From NCBI RefSeq assembly GCF_001194135.2, contig NC_069007.1, positions 13,688,732-13,727,602 of the forward strand: a stretch of 38,871 nt of DNA. Reading direction: 5' to 3'. Both the position numbers and the translations under genes were made by a program. Positions 23,345-34,890 of the stretch are shown here, one piece after another. Source of the stretch: Octopus bimaculoides (taxonomy: Eukaryota). The stretch's first letter is position 1; every line of letters begins with the position of its first letter. Below the pieces are notes generated by a model. That model had not been told where the DNA came from. It did no database searches and was given only the letters and a program-made list of their open reading frames with translations.

Positions 23345-25965
23345 ATGTTTTAATTCTGAAAATTTCTTATTTTTTTAAACTCAGAAACTGGGGTGTCAAG
23401 AGGTAAACCACCCACAGAAACAATTTCTAAGGGTTCAGAGGGAAACCCTACACATCTAAATATTGGAACTAAAACATATGTGGAAATAAAGGGTTGCAAT
23501 GACCCCCAATTTATATGGCATTAGATCTGTACCACCTCCACAAAGCTTTAGTATTTCTAAGCATTGTTGCATCAGCCCTGTAGAAAACACAAGATTTTTA
23601 GTTTTACCAAAAAATAAGGCACAAGAGATTATAAAAACTTCCAAATCTTAAACATTCTTCGTAGAACAATTGACCATTGCCAAAGCAGTATTCCTCATGA
23701 TGTCATCCAGCAACTGTGTCAATGTTTGCCCATAGGAATTATTAGCATGGTAAAAGCTGAAGTGTTCCAGAAATTGACGTTTTCTAAGTCAAAAGGGCTC
23801 GTATATTGAGATAATGAATTTCTGCTTATCATCACATCCTCTCTTTTGGTGCACACAGTGAGAATAATGCCCTCTATGACATGGCATAAGCTTCTAAACC
23901 ATTAATCTTATGTGATTTTGTCAAATTGACTGGCTTAACTGATTCCACATCACCATTATTATGGGTAGGAGAAGTGTGTGGTGGTCGATCTGAAAATTCC
24001 CACGAAATTAAAAATTCTACAAGACAGAACTATTTCTTCTAGATGTACAGCTTATCAATTTAAAAATATTTAATTCCTGCCGCAAATGCCACTTGATGCT
24101 GTTGTAAACCTAAACATTTTTCTTTTTCCCCCACAGCTATTTGTTTGTTAACAATGTTGCCTGGTTCAAGAACACTGATATCAATTTGTCTGCTATTATA
24201 AACCACTGATCTCACAGGAGCTGGGTACATGGCACCAGTACTATTAAAAGGACGTCTGCCCATTCCAATTTGTAAATTTTTAGTAACATAACCAGACAGC
24301 CAATCTCCAAAAAGATTGCCTTACATCTACAGATAATTTTGAAAATTTTAACTTTGGTCCAAGCAGAGATTCCAATGGTTCTAGTTGCTTTCAGATTCAA
24401 CACCATCACTGCAGTTGCTGCTTCTCCCATTTGAGATCTATTCTTGCACAGCTCCTTGATTGTCCTGCCCTAACTGCGCACTAATATGCACCATTGTGTA
24501 GTTAAACATTTAACCCACACCATTTCATATTTCTGCTAAGAATCCAAGAACTGGAAAAATTATTGAATGTCACAAAGGGGTACCAAAATCAAAGAGGAAT
24601 GAAAACTCAGGAAGGAGTGTAGCACCACTTCCTACAGAAACTACAATAACTGTTTATGTTGATGAACTGTGGCAAAGAGGAATGTTTCCTCAAGTCAGCT
24701 ATGAATCTCAAGAGGCAAATTCCAGTTACTTGCAGCCAAACTTTGTCAAACAACATACCATACAGTCCTCAAGAGTTTAGAGGTTTATTGTCATTAAATC
24801 CTGCTATTAATACGTCGACATATATGAAGATGCTTTCAAAATTTCTATAGTTAGATCAGTGACTTCAGCTAAGTTGACAGATGTATTTTTGAAATTCTTA
24901 GTCATTTATGTTGAGCTTATCAGGGAACGCTGCATTGTAGATTTCATCTGTGTCCTATATTTCCATACCAGGGTACAGCTGTTGAGCTTAAGCTTCAACA
25001 AGGTCATCGCAATATTTAAGTTGAAGCACAAATAGATTGGCTGGGTCACACAGGAGCATCTGACTATTGCATCTCAGGGGCAGCGCACCCAGTAATCCAA
25101 GTATAAAATATGTCTGCAGATGCTGCGAACTTTGCCATTGGTTACTCTTGAAAGATCTTCAAATGAACTTCGCACAGAAAGAGGTAACCATGTTGACTCA
25201 TTGACAGCATATACTCTCTTATTCCAATAGCGCTAGTGAAACTGATGTCAAGTTGGCCTGCAATAGGAACACTGCATTGTTCCCCTTCTAACTTGTTCCA
25301 AGTGTAGTAAGGCAGAACCTAATGATACATAAATATTTTTGTGAAGGAACCACACTAGTATGGCTTCGAGAAGGGATGTAAGCAGTGTCTTTTGGATTTT
25401 TTATGTAGTAGACGTTTGGTTAAAGTAGACCTGTTAGTCACTTTCCAGATGGACAGCAAATTGTTGAATGTAAAAGAGTAAACATTCCCAGAAAACCTTT
25501 GCCTTTGCTGGAATTGATCACTTCATTGAAGTTACTTTTGTTGTATTCGACCTAAAACTTTCCAGCACCAGATCCCCCAACGAAAGGTTTCCAGAAATAT
25601 TCACTGGATAACCATCTTCATCAAAGGCCATGGAAACTTTACTTCCTTTGTTATCTGTCATGCAAAATGAATTCCTGTTGAAAATCCACAGAAACATTAA
25701 ACCATTTCAGTTTTAATAGCACTGAAGAGATCCTTCTCTTTGCAAGGGACTGGATAGCCTGCTGCCATGATGGAATCAATTTAATTGAAGTGAATCCTAC
25801 ATGTTCATTTTTCTGTGGCATTAGTGAAGGAATCTTCATTTGTAGCAAATTGAAGCATAAAAGGAAGACAACATATCTGCTTAAATAAAAGTTAGTTTCA
25901 GTAGCTGATAAGTATACCAGCATAAACAACAGCATCTCTACATTAAGTCTACTGAAACTTATCAT
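23345..25965 (-). pseudogene. Decayed intronless ORF; candidate endogenous viral element resembling orthomyxovirus-like (Articulavirales) PB2
   Basis: ~2.6 kb free of SINEs and microsatellites, with long protein-like stretches across shifting minus frames. Collinear motifs versus influenza A and Thogoto virus PB2 recalled from memory: IMAAGYPV, EMQ/QMLLC, VDVLIAG..KPL, GICLLRFIADLRKHSS, MGEAATA...KATR, NLFGDW, INGLE, FIISIYEPF, FYHA...QLLDDI. No database search was run. Confidence 0.55.
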
Positions 25966-26399
25966 GCTGAAGAGAAATACCTAGAGAACAAGAGAAAAAC
26001 AGAAAGCAAGAGTGTAGAAAAGTAAAATAGATGCAGCACTGTGACTGCAGCAAAGAGTTGATGATAGTTACATCCAAAAAGATGGGGGGAAAGATGGACA
26101 ATGCACACTTGCATATACAATATGCACATCTATTCAGTAGTATAATGGATTAACATTCTATTTCAGTGCATTCCAAGAACCAGGTTCATTTAGAACCAAC
26201 TTACAGTGCCCAAGATATTTTAATGCTACATATGTTTTCTCTGAATTTTGAGAGTACCCCCCCCCCCATCTTATAACCATTGTTTTGTTAACTGTTTGAA
26301 AAAAAAATGGATATCAGTTTTGCATTCATTATTAATGATTCGTAATTTAAAGGATTTTCTAAAGAAGCGGCAAAAATCAATTAAAAAATGCAACTAACA

Positions 26400-27100
26400 T
26401 AAGCACATGCTTGATGAAAAATTAGACAATTTCATGTCTGATAATGACAGGCAAAAGTGATGGAAAGAGACTGGAGGCAAGGATAACATCGTTTCAAACA
26501 TTTTTCAGAAGAGAATGGACTTAATCAGCCCCTCCAATGATTCAAAAGCAACCAACTTCTTTTTTGTTTTGTTTAATTTTTCTCCAACTCAGAATATTCC
26601 AGACATTTACTGCAGAGACAAACCATTATACAAAAAAAGTAAAGACAAGCTTACGGGCTTCATCTCTGCTTTGAGGAAATTCAAACATTCTGTTATAAGC
26701 AAGATAATGGACATTAAGAAACTGCCCAGAATTACAAACTGCTGGAGGGTAAATGAACCATTTGACAATCACAAGTTTTCAAGTATGACCTGAACATATT
26801 TTTTGAAATTATGCTTCTACATTCAACTTCATTCAACAAGAATCAAGGATTACAATACACTCAAGTGTGAACCATGATTTGGTCTGTGATGACAAAGATT
26901 GGCAATTAGTCACATATTCTGCCTGGACCACAAAAGATGCACCCAAGTGGCACTCTGCAATGCTCAGACACCCAGAATTCCCTGACAATTGCATGTGTTT
27001 ATGTAACTGTGCTGCAATGAGAGAATCTTTGCTACTGTGGCCTGTGAGTTCAGTGTTAATGAAACTATCATTCATTCTATTTACAAAGTGCAAGAAGAGG
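26400..27100 (+). mobile_element. pogo/Tigger-like transposase relic
   Basis: KKSKDKLT (~26632-26655; cf. K.sKdRlT of the DDE_1 domain) and IFATVACEFSVNETIIHSIYKVQEE (27025-27100; CENP-B/psq-type HTH). The fragments are out of normal order. Confidence 0.45.
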
Positions 27101-29894
27101 ACTTATTTGTCTTTTTTTTTTTAGGAACCAAATCCATATGATAAACGATAGCCATACTTCTACTTCAAAGCCATTAGCATTACATCAGTACATAAAGATT
27201 CTTTTTTTTTATGTGCAGTAGGAGCTCTTTTCTATTTGCAATCATTGCAGAACATTGAAAGTAGAAATGAACTTTAATAATAACTGCATACAGAGGTAAG
27301 AAGAGACTTTTCTAAACACCATTTATGAAACTTGATGACAATAGTTACACAACATGAATGGTGTTAATTGATAGAACTGAATTAGTTATGACTCAGTTGG
27401 TACACCAGGTAATAAGTAGTAGTGATACCTAATTTGGTGTATAGTAAATAAAAGCATTATCAATGCATTTTTTTTTTCCTAAATCAATTTTGAGGGGCTC
27501 AAAAGTAATGTGACCAAACTGTAGTTCCAAGCAGATGTAATAACACAGTTGAAGATAGGCTATTCATGTAGGGGAGAGAGCACAATCACAGAGAGAGAGA
27601 GAGAGAGAGAGAGAAAGAGCGACCTCTGAAGTCAACCATTCTCCAAAACATAAATAGGTAGTATGATGGTTGCAAAGAAAGAAAAGAAAAAAAAATGTGC
27701 CAACACCAGAAATGGAAAGCTCCCAGTCGCCAGCAGTCAACTGAAATGACATTCTGTAGTGCATTCTTCAAATTTGCATTACATAGAGTGGGACACTTCA
27801 CAGGTTTCAATAACAGGAATGGTGTTAAATTTGTGTACATAAAATTGGGTTTTATAAATATATTTCCCAAATTTATCTACATACAATTTTAATTTATCTG
27901 TAAAATGAGTGACAGAGTTTAATTAAGAGCAATTCACTCGCGCGCGTGAATTTCATTTCATTTCATAGTTTCTTTCTAACACAAATCCCAGTATTTTGTC
28001 CCTATTTCACATTTATTGTGCACCCGTTTTATGTGCATCTAATTACAATTGATAATTCAATAACATGCATATTTCTTCTATATTACAATTTTAACACTGA
28101 ACCAACTAACTATATGTTAATAACTATTTTCTGTGGTGATAGTTAAACAAAATTTTGATTATTTTAACATTTAACTAAATTTACCTGTATTTACCTGGAA
28201 TTAAGATTGGTTTTGAGACAAAATTAATTAACAAATTTGAGAACCATTTGTCATGTTCTGAAAACCACATTTGTCAATAAACAAAAGTCATAACAGTTTC
28301 ATGAAAAAAGTTAAAATTCACAATAAATTTAGACTATCACTGAAACAAGAGACACAGCGGAGTTTTAGGTTGGAAATGCAACAAAGAAATGGTTAAAGAA
28401 CAATACAAGAAAACCAAGCATTATTTCATCACAAGCCAGGAAAAATTTACTGCATAAGAAAACATAACATTGACATTCAAAGACACACACACGTGTGTGT
28501 GTGTGTGTACGGTTCGGAAACCATCTGGTGCAAGTGCAGAATGGACTGTAATGGACTCATAAGCATGCATTAAAAATGTAAACAAAGGCACAATTATTGA
28601 GCTAGAAGCATGCAAATATCTCCAAGAGGAGAAAAGATAAATAAGCAATATTTAGCAGCCAGGATAACTAAAATATGGACCCTTGGAGAGCATATGTATA
28701 GTACGTGTGTGTGTGTGTGTAGTCAGAGGAGAGGAACGGAATTTAAATAATTTCAAAATAGAATCTGTCTTAATGCAGTTATATCAAAAAAGATTAAACC
28801 AGAAAATACGTAAAAATTAAATTTTATTTTTTTTTTTTAATTCAATACTATTTATAATAATTAATAGGTTTGTAATTATAAAGTATCAATGAAGCCACTA
28901 TGGGAACGAAAAAAAAAAACAACCAAATGCCCCTATCCAAAAGAATTTGTGCTGTGACAAAAGCATTTTATGTGAAAGCTACAATTTAAGAAGCTGGTAA
29001 TTAAGTCAGGAATCGGCTGTCACATAGTGCCAGGGCGCAGTGAGGTTAATTTCTAAAGAAAACAAAAAAATAAAAAAAAACATTGAATTCACTGAAAATA
29101 AAATAAACCAAAAATTATTTTTTAAAAAAATTACTTTTAACCCTTTGCCTGTTCTGTGTATCCCATGTGATACACAGGACGTTTCCCCTGGTGTCCATAC
29201 ATTTGATATGATACACATTTCCAATTTTTTTTCATTTTTTTTTTTCCCAACCATCAGGTCAACTTGGAATTTATGAAAGGAAAGTTTTATGTTACTCAGA
29301 ACATATGAAATGAGGAACAACTAGAAGTCTAAAAACAAGCATGGACATTCTGGACAAACTTATGAAAATACTTTGGACAGGCAAAGAGTTAGAAGTGATT
29401 TGTCATGCTAAAAATGTGTGAAAGTGGTGTAGGTGTCTGATTCTATCAAGTCTAAGAAGTTTCCTGGAGACTATGTTACAGACTTTGGCTGTAAGTTGAA
29501 TGCCGAAGTGAAACTTTGCAAGATTTAAACTAAGAATATAAGAAAACCTCCTTTCTCATACTTTTATTTTTCTGATGAAAGAGTAACATCCAAAATATCA
29601 AGACTTCTTTTTTTTAAAAACATTTGTGATCATTACCTTATTTATATATATTTTTTAACGAGATACATCTTGTAATCACCTGAAGAGACACATCTACAGT
29701 GACAGATACTCCTAAACCAGTTGTTAAATATCCCACCCGTGACGGAATGATGTTAGATGGGTCGAAACAATTGTAGTGATTAATAAACATTTTTGTATCT
29801 TCCATTAATCAAATATATATATATATATACGCACACACACAAAGAATCTTTTAAGCGCATTCAATGTATTATTGTGGTACCTTTAATGATAAGC

Positions 29895-30172
29895 ATCACC
29901 ATCATTTAACGTCCATTTTCCATGCTGGCATGGGTTGGACAGTCTGACTGAAAACTACCAAGCTGCACCAGGTTCCAATCTGATTTGGCTTAGTTTCTAC
30001 AGATGGATGCCTTTCCTAACACCAACCACTCCAAGAGTGTAGTGGGTGCTTTTTACGAGCCAGTTACAAAACTCCGGCATTGGCCATGACTACGATCTCA
30101 CTTGGCTTGACATGTCTTCTCAAGCACGGTATAATGCCAAAGGTCTCAGTCACTTGTCACTGTCTCTGTGAG
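29895..30172 (-). mobile_element. RTE LINE 3' end or RTE-tailed SINE
   Basis: Minus strand gives LTETVTSD*DLWHYTVLEKT followed by the shared tail (ggcatccatctgtagaaac...ccagcatggaaaatggacgttaaatgatg). Confidence 0.7.
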
Positions 30173-31478
30173 CAAATAGTTATTTATTTAAAAGGAAATA
30201 TTGCTAAGCGACAATATCGTTCCAAGCCTACATTCGTAGACCTACAAGAGCATTTAACTTGCCAACACTCATATCTCACTCGCTTCATAATCTGTTTACA
30301 GAGCTTTCTAAATTTTTCCCATTGGCGACATTTTTAAAATTAAAATTTTTCTCAATGTTATTCATGTTTCAATAGCTAGAGGTAATTAACAAAATTAAGA
30401 AAATAGACAATTACCTATTGTATCACAATAATGTAAAGCTATCAACCAAACATTCTTTAAATTTTAATTTGACTATTTCTTGACCCACCTAATGGTTATT
30501 GGTGACAGTAAAGTGTCACAGTGGCACAATGTTTGTAAACCTCTGTCTTGTTTTTACTAAGAAAACTGTAGGATAGAGTCACTGAAATAGTCTCCTTCTA
30601 TACACCTCATGATCTTAAGATTGTGGTTTCAATTCCTGGACTGGACAATGCATTGTGTTCTTCAGCAAAATACTTCATTTCATGTTGCTCCAATCAACTC
30701 AGCTGGTAAAAATGAGGAATCCTGTCACAGACTGATCTCCCATCCAGGAGAGCGGGAGAATATACCAATACAAGTCACAGGATCTGGGAAACCAACCCTT
30801 TGNNNNNNNNNNNNNNNNNNNNNNNNNNNNNNNNNNNNNNNNNNNNNNNNNNNNNNNNNNNNNNNNNNNNNNNNNNNNNNNNNNNNNNNNNNNNNNNNNN
30901 NNNNNNNNNNNNNNNNNNNNNNNNNNNNNNNNNNNNNNNNNNNNNNNNNNNNNNNNNNNNNNNNNNNNNNNNNNNNNNNNNNNNNNNNATAAACCTACAA
31001 CATAGAAAAGGGAATACCTTATCTGAGACAGCATTCTATTTTGACTTCTGTACAGCAACCCTCAAGTCACCATCAAAAGGGTTTTGTCTTCTCAGGTAGT
31101 GAGGTCCCAGAATCTGTGTTAATTTTTATAGATTACACCAGAAATGAGACGCCCAGAGACAGAATAGTGTGAGAAGAAAAGGTAACAGCAGTGTTAGAGC
31201 TTGCTGTGTAGTCCACCATACAGGTGGGCCTCCAACAGGTGGTGCCAAATAGGCCTAAAAATTTGTCCACTTGAAATCTACCTAGTAACCCTGGGTGTAT
31301 AAAAAAGAATAGTTCTCAATGTGCAAATGCAGGAAGCCCTTGAGAGTGATCCGTTTAAGTGTTGGAGGAGTGGAAAAGGCAAATGAAATCTGTTTGTATG
31401 CATTACATGAGGACAAATGGCTCAGATCTGGTCTTGTTTGATCAACTACGTACATGTAATAGAAATGCCCAACCAGAA

Positions 31479-31482
<4 letters not shown>

Positions 31483-31513
<31 letters not shown>

Positions 31514-31630
31514 TGGGGTGGCTAAACAGTATTAATGAGTGAACAACAAAAAGAACACCAAAACAACAAAAACAGCCAGCAACAACAAAAACCAATAGCA
31601 ATAGCAGCAACAACAACAACAACAATAACA
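31483..31630. repeat. (TG)n and (CAA/CAG)n microsatellites in the ERM 3' UTR
   Basis: Direct; begins immediately after the ERM stop codon on the minus strand. Confidence 0.9.
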
Positions 31631-31631
31631 C

Positions 31632-31796
31632 TTACAATGCCTCAAACTCATCAACTCGTTTTTTGGTGTTTCCAGACCGGATTTGCTTCAGCGTCTTGTA
31701 TTTATCACGGCCAGACCTCACATTCTCTGCATGGAGGACATCATTTATACTCTCTTTGCTTTTGTCTTTTGAAGTTACTAACTGGTCTCCAAGTGC
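31632..31796 (-). CDS. Moe: ERM (moesin/ezrin/radixin) terminal exon, C-ERMAD / F-actin-binding tail
   Basis: [54 protein letters not shown]; conserved regulatory Thr in KYKTL; acceptor ctctttgaag|G, phase 0, 165 nt. Confidence 0.96.
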   Translation of the reverse strand, partial: ALGDQLVTSKDKSKESINDVLHAENVRSGRDKYKTLKQIRSGNTKKRVDEFEAL

Positions 31797-32031
31797 CTTC
31801 AAAGAGAAATGTGTGTGTATGTGTGCAGTTATACAGATTTACATTTGTAGATGCATATATAATTTAACAGCTGTAAGACGAAAAAAAAAACAGTGTCTAT
31901 ATTAAATTCATATTATTTTATTTCAGAGTTTCTCAAGCATTTTTTTTTTTACCTATGGATCTCTTTGATCCCTACGTTTCACTCAGATGAACCCTCCAAA
32001 CCATTTGATGTTAAAAAAATCTAATTATATA

Positions 32032-32400
32032 GGCACAGGAGTGGCTGTGTGGTAAGTAGCTTGCTTACCAACCACATGGTTCCAGGTTTATTCCCACTGT
32101 GTGGCACCTTGGGCAAGTGTCTTATATAGCCTCAAGCCGACCAAACCCTTGTGAGTGGAAATGGAAGATGGAAACTGAAAGAAGCCCATTGTGTATATAT
32201 GTGTGTGTGTTTGTCCCCCCAACATCGCTTGACTACTTGTGCTGGTGCGTTTACGTCCCTGTAATTTAGGCGTTCGGCAAAGGAAACCGATAGAATAAGT
32301 ACTGGGCTTAGAAACAATAAGTCCTGGGGTTGATTTGCTCAACTAAAAGCGGTGCCCCACCATGGCCGCAGTCAAATGACAAACAAGTAAAAGAATAAAA
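32032..32400 (+). mobile_element. SINE family A (intronic)
   Basis: Same head and tail as 6453-6843. Confidence 0.88.
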
Positions 32401-32893
32401 GAATATTTTTATAATCAAATATTACAAGCGTGACTCATAAATATTTCATAGAATTAATGGTAAACCCATTGGTTTATTACAAAAAACTTTATCTAAAAAT
32501 CCTGAAAGTGTACCTTGTATTGTCAGTATGGATAGTTGCACATCTGCCATTGATTGCAAATGTGAAGGAAATTGGAATATGATGATTACTTAATGCACTT
32601 CATATTTACACTTTAGATTTTCTATGCACAATTTTATAGACTTAATACACAACACTCCCTCTTTTTCTCTCGCCCCCTCTTTGCCTTTCCCTTCAACCAG
32701 TCACGTGAAAGTGTTACAGATGGACTAAGTAACAGAGGAACAAGCAGAATTATTATTAGATTAGGAATTGCATAAAAAATCATTTTAAATATTTGGTGTA
32801 TCGTAGAACTTTAACAAAATCTTACATTGACCAGTGCTCTACATAATTGTATTGAATCCTAATTATGATTGAATTTAGTTTTATTTTCATATA

Positions 32894-33096
32894 ACAAGGT
32901 CGTGAGCTGGTGGAATGGTTAGCACGCTGGGCAAAATGCTTAGCAGTATTTTGTCTGTTTTCATGTTCTGAGTTCAAATGCTACTGAGATCGACCTTGCC
33001 TTTCTGGGTCAAGAGAATAAGTACCAGGTGAGCACGGGTTGATGTAATCAACTTAGCCCCGGAAATTGCTGGCCTTGTGCCAAAATTTGAAATCAA
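32894..33096 (+). mobile_element. SINE family B (intronic)
   Basis: B-family body; 12-bp TSD tattttcatata at 32882-32893 and 33097-33108. Confidence 0.85.
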
Positions 33097-33289
33097 TATT
33101 TTCATATATCATACACTTTTACTCATTTCAGCCATGTGTCTGTGGTCATGCTGAAACACCACCGTGGGAAAATAGGTAAAGAGACTTTTTTTTTTATAGA
33201 GGGCAGGGAGAAGGGTTTTAGAACAGGCATTCCATATCCCTTTATATCTGTCTTACGAGACAAATTAGAGGAGCTGGCATCAGGAAGAA

Positions 33290-33465
33290 CACATGCCAAT
33301 GCCATTTTAAAAGCACCCAGCACACACTGTAAAGTGGTTGGCATTAGAAAGGGCAGCCAACTGTAGAAACCAAGCCAAATCAGACTGGAGTCTGGTACAG
33401 CTCTCCAGCACTGATTAAAGTGTTCAACCCATGCCAGCATGGAAAACGGATGTTAAATGAGGATG
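33290..33465 (+). mobile_element. RTE-tailed repeat
   Basis: gtaaagtggttggcattagaaagggcagcc...ccatgccagcatggaaaacggatgttaaatga; another fragment at 33690-33780. Confidence 0.75.
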
Positions 33466-33950
33466 CGTGAGTGTACAGCGTAAGATGAATACTGGTCGTA
33501 AGGAATAACTAACAAACCAGTATTATTATTAACTTCTACAAAGACAAGAGGCATTTCAGAAATGTGAATTTACAGACTTCTCAAACTGATGCCACCAAGC
33601 TCTTGTAGCTCAGTTGTTGACTCTTTTGTGTGAAGAGCACCAACAGAGTATAAATACCTTATTTGGAAGAAATAAGAAAAAAAAAAGAAGTCATGGCTGG
33701 CGACAGGAAGGACATCCAGTTGTAGGAATACTGCTTCTTTAAGACTCGTCCAAACCATGCCAGCATTGAAAATAGTCGGACACAAAAATAATTATGATGT
33801 ACAGGCGTAACTCAATTTACGTTTTGAGTTTACATCATGTTTTAAAAAAGAAAAAAAAAATGGAAAAATAAACCTCAACTTAGTGAATTTGCTCAACATT
33901 AAAAAGACAAGTTTTCCAAACTAATGACAAAACAACGCAAAATAACCTAC

Positions 33951-34051
33951 CTTTAGCTGCTCTTTCAGACGGTGGTTCTTTTCAGCCAAAGTTAGTCTTT
34001 CTTCTTCAGGTCTCGGAAGATCTTGATTCTCGTAGGTTTGTAACTCAGCAC
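33951..34051 (-). CDS. Moe: ERM penultimate exon
   Basis: (G)AELQTYENQDLPRPEEERLTLAEKNHRLKEQLK; ctctcag|G and AAG|gtagg; phase 1 to 0, 101 nt; matches ERM EEER.T.AEKN.R...L. Confidence 0.95.
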
Positions 34052-34455
34052 CTGAGAGAAGGATGAAATATTAGGGGAATACGAATAGATGCAGGCATGG
34101 CTGGGTAGTTAAGACGTTCATTGAGCAACCATATGGTTCCAGGTTCAAACCCATCATACTACACACTGCTCAAGTAGGGGTCTTATCTTTATTTATAGCC
34201 TTCTGTTGACTGATATCTTGGTGAGTGGCATTTGATAAATTAATACTTTAGCAAATACACACGCCAATGTCATAATGCCAATGTCAAAGTCGCTTCTAAT
34301 TGGTTATAAACAAGGTATATTTACCTGGTGTACATGCCACAAATAGGATACACATTCTCAATGTTTTCACCACTTGAGTTAACTTGGGACTTATGAAGCC
34401 ATGCAGCATATTTAGGGCAAGAAAGCCTGGCAGAGCCCAACCCTCTCCAGGCTAA

Positions 34456-34835
34456 ACTCATTTCTACAGCTGAGTGGGCTGGAGCAATGTGAAATGAAGT
34501 GTCTTGCTCAAGAACACAGTGCGCTGCTTGGTCCAGGAATTGAAACCAAATGAAATCTTACAATCACGAGTCCAATACCCTATCCACTCAACCACTTGCC
34601 TCCACTAGTGGTACTCATTTCTACAGCTGAGTAGGCTGGAGTAATGCAAAATGAAGTGTCTTGCTCAAGAACACAATGGATTGCCTGATCCAGGGATCAA
34701 AACCACAATCTTACAGTTGTTAATCCAATAATCGAACCACTGAGCGACGCATCTCCACTAGTGGTACTCATTTCTACAGCTGAGTGAACTGGAGCAACGT
34801 GAAATGAAGTGTCTTGCTCAAGAACACAACGCATC
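34456..34835 (-). repeat. Tandem triplet of SINE D heads (~155-bp period)
   Basis: actcatttctacagctgag...gaaatgaagtgtcttgctcaagaacaca starts at 34456, 34613 and 34766. Confidence 0.85.
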
Positions 34836-34890
34836 ATCAACAGGCCATGACTGATTAAACATTGATTAGCAAAAGAGAAAAAAAACTTAC

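Noticed and set aside
24514-24780. 88-codon open frame on the + strand inside the putative EVE
   Set aside because: No start or splice context; the in-register minus frame carries the collinear PB2-like motifs, so this was treated as an antisense shadow.
29675-29800. CTGAAGA...CGAAAC...AATAAA, reminiscent of a Penelope pLTR hammerhead ribozyme
   Set aside because: I could not build stems I-III by eye and the spacing is too long.
31632-31796. Merlin (NF2) as the gene identity
   Set aside because: GRDKYKTL...GNTK.R.DEFE is the ERM tail; merlin ends in ...RVAFFEEL.
33570-33680. Possible extra minus-strand ERM exon (ORF 33570-33785)
   Set aside because: No ERM similarity, weak TAAG acceptor, and the flanking ERM exons already join in frame.
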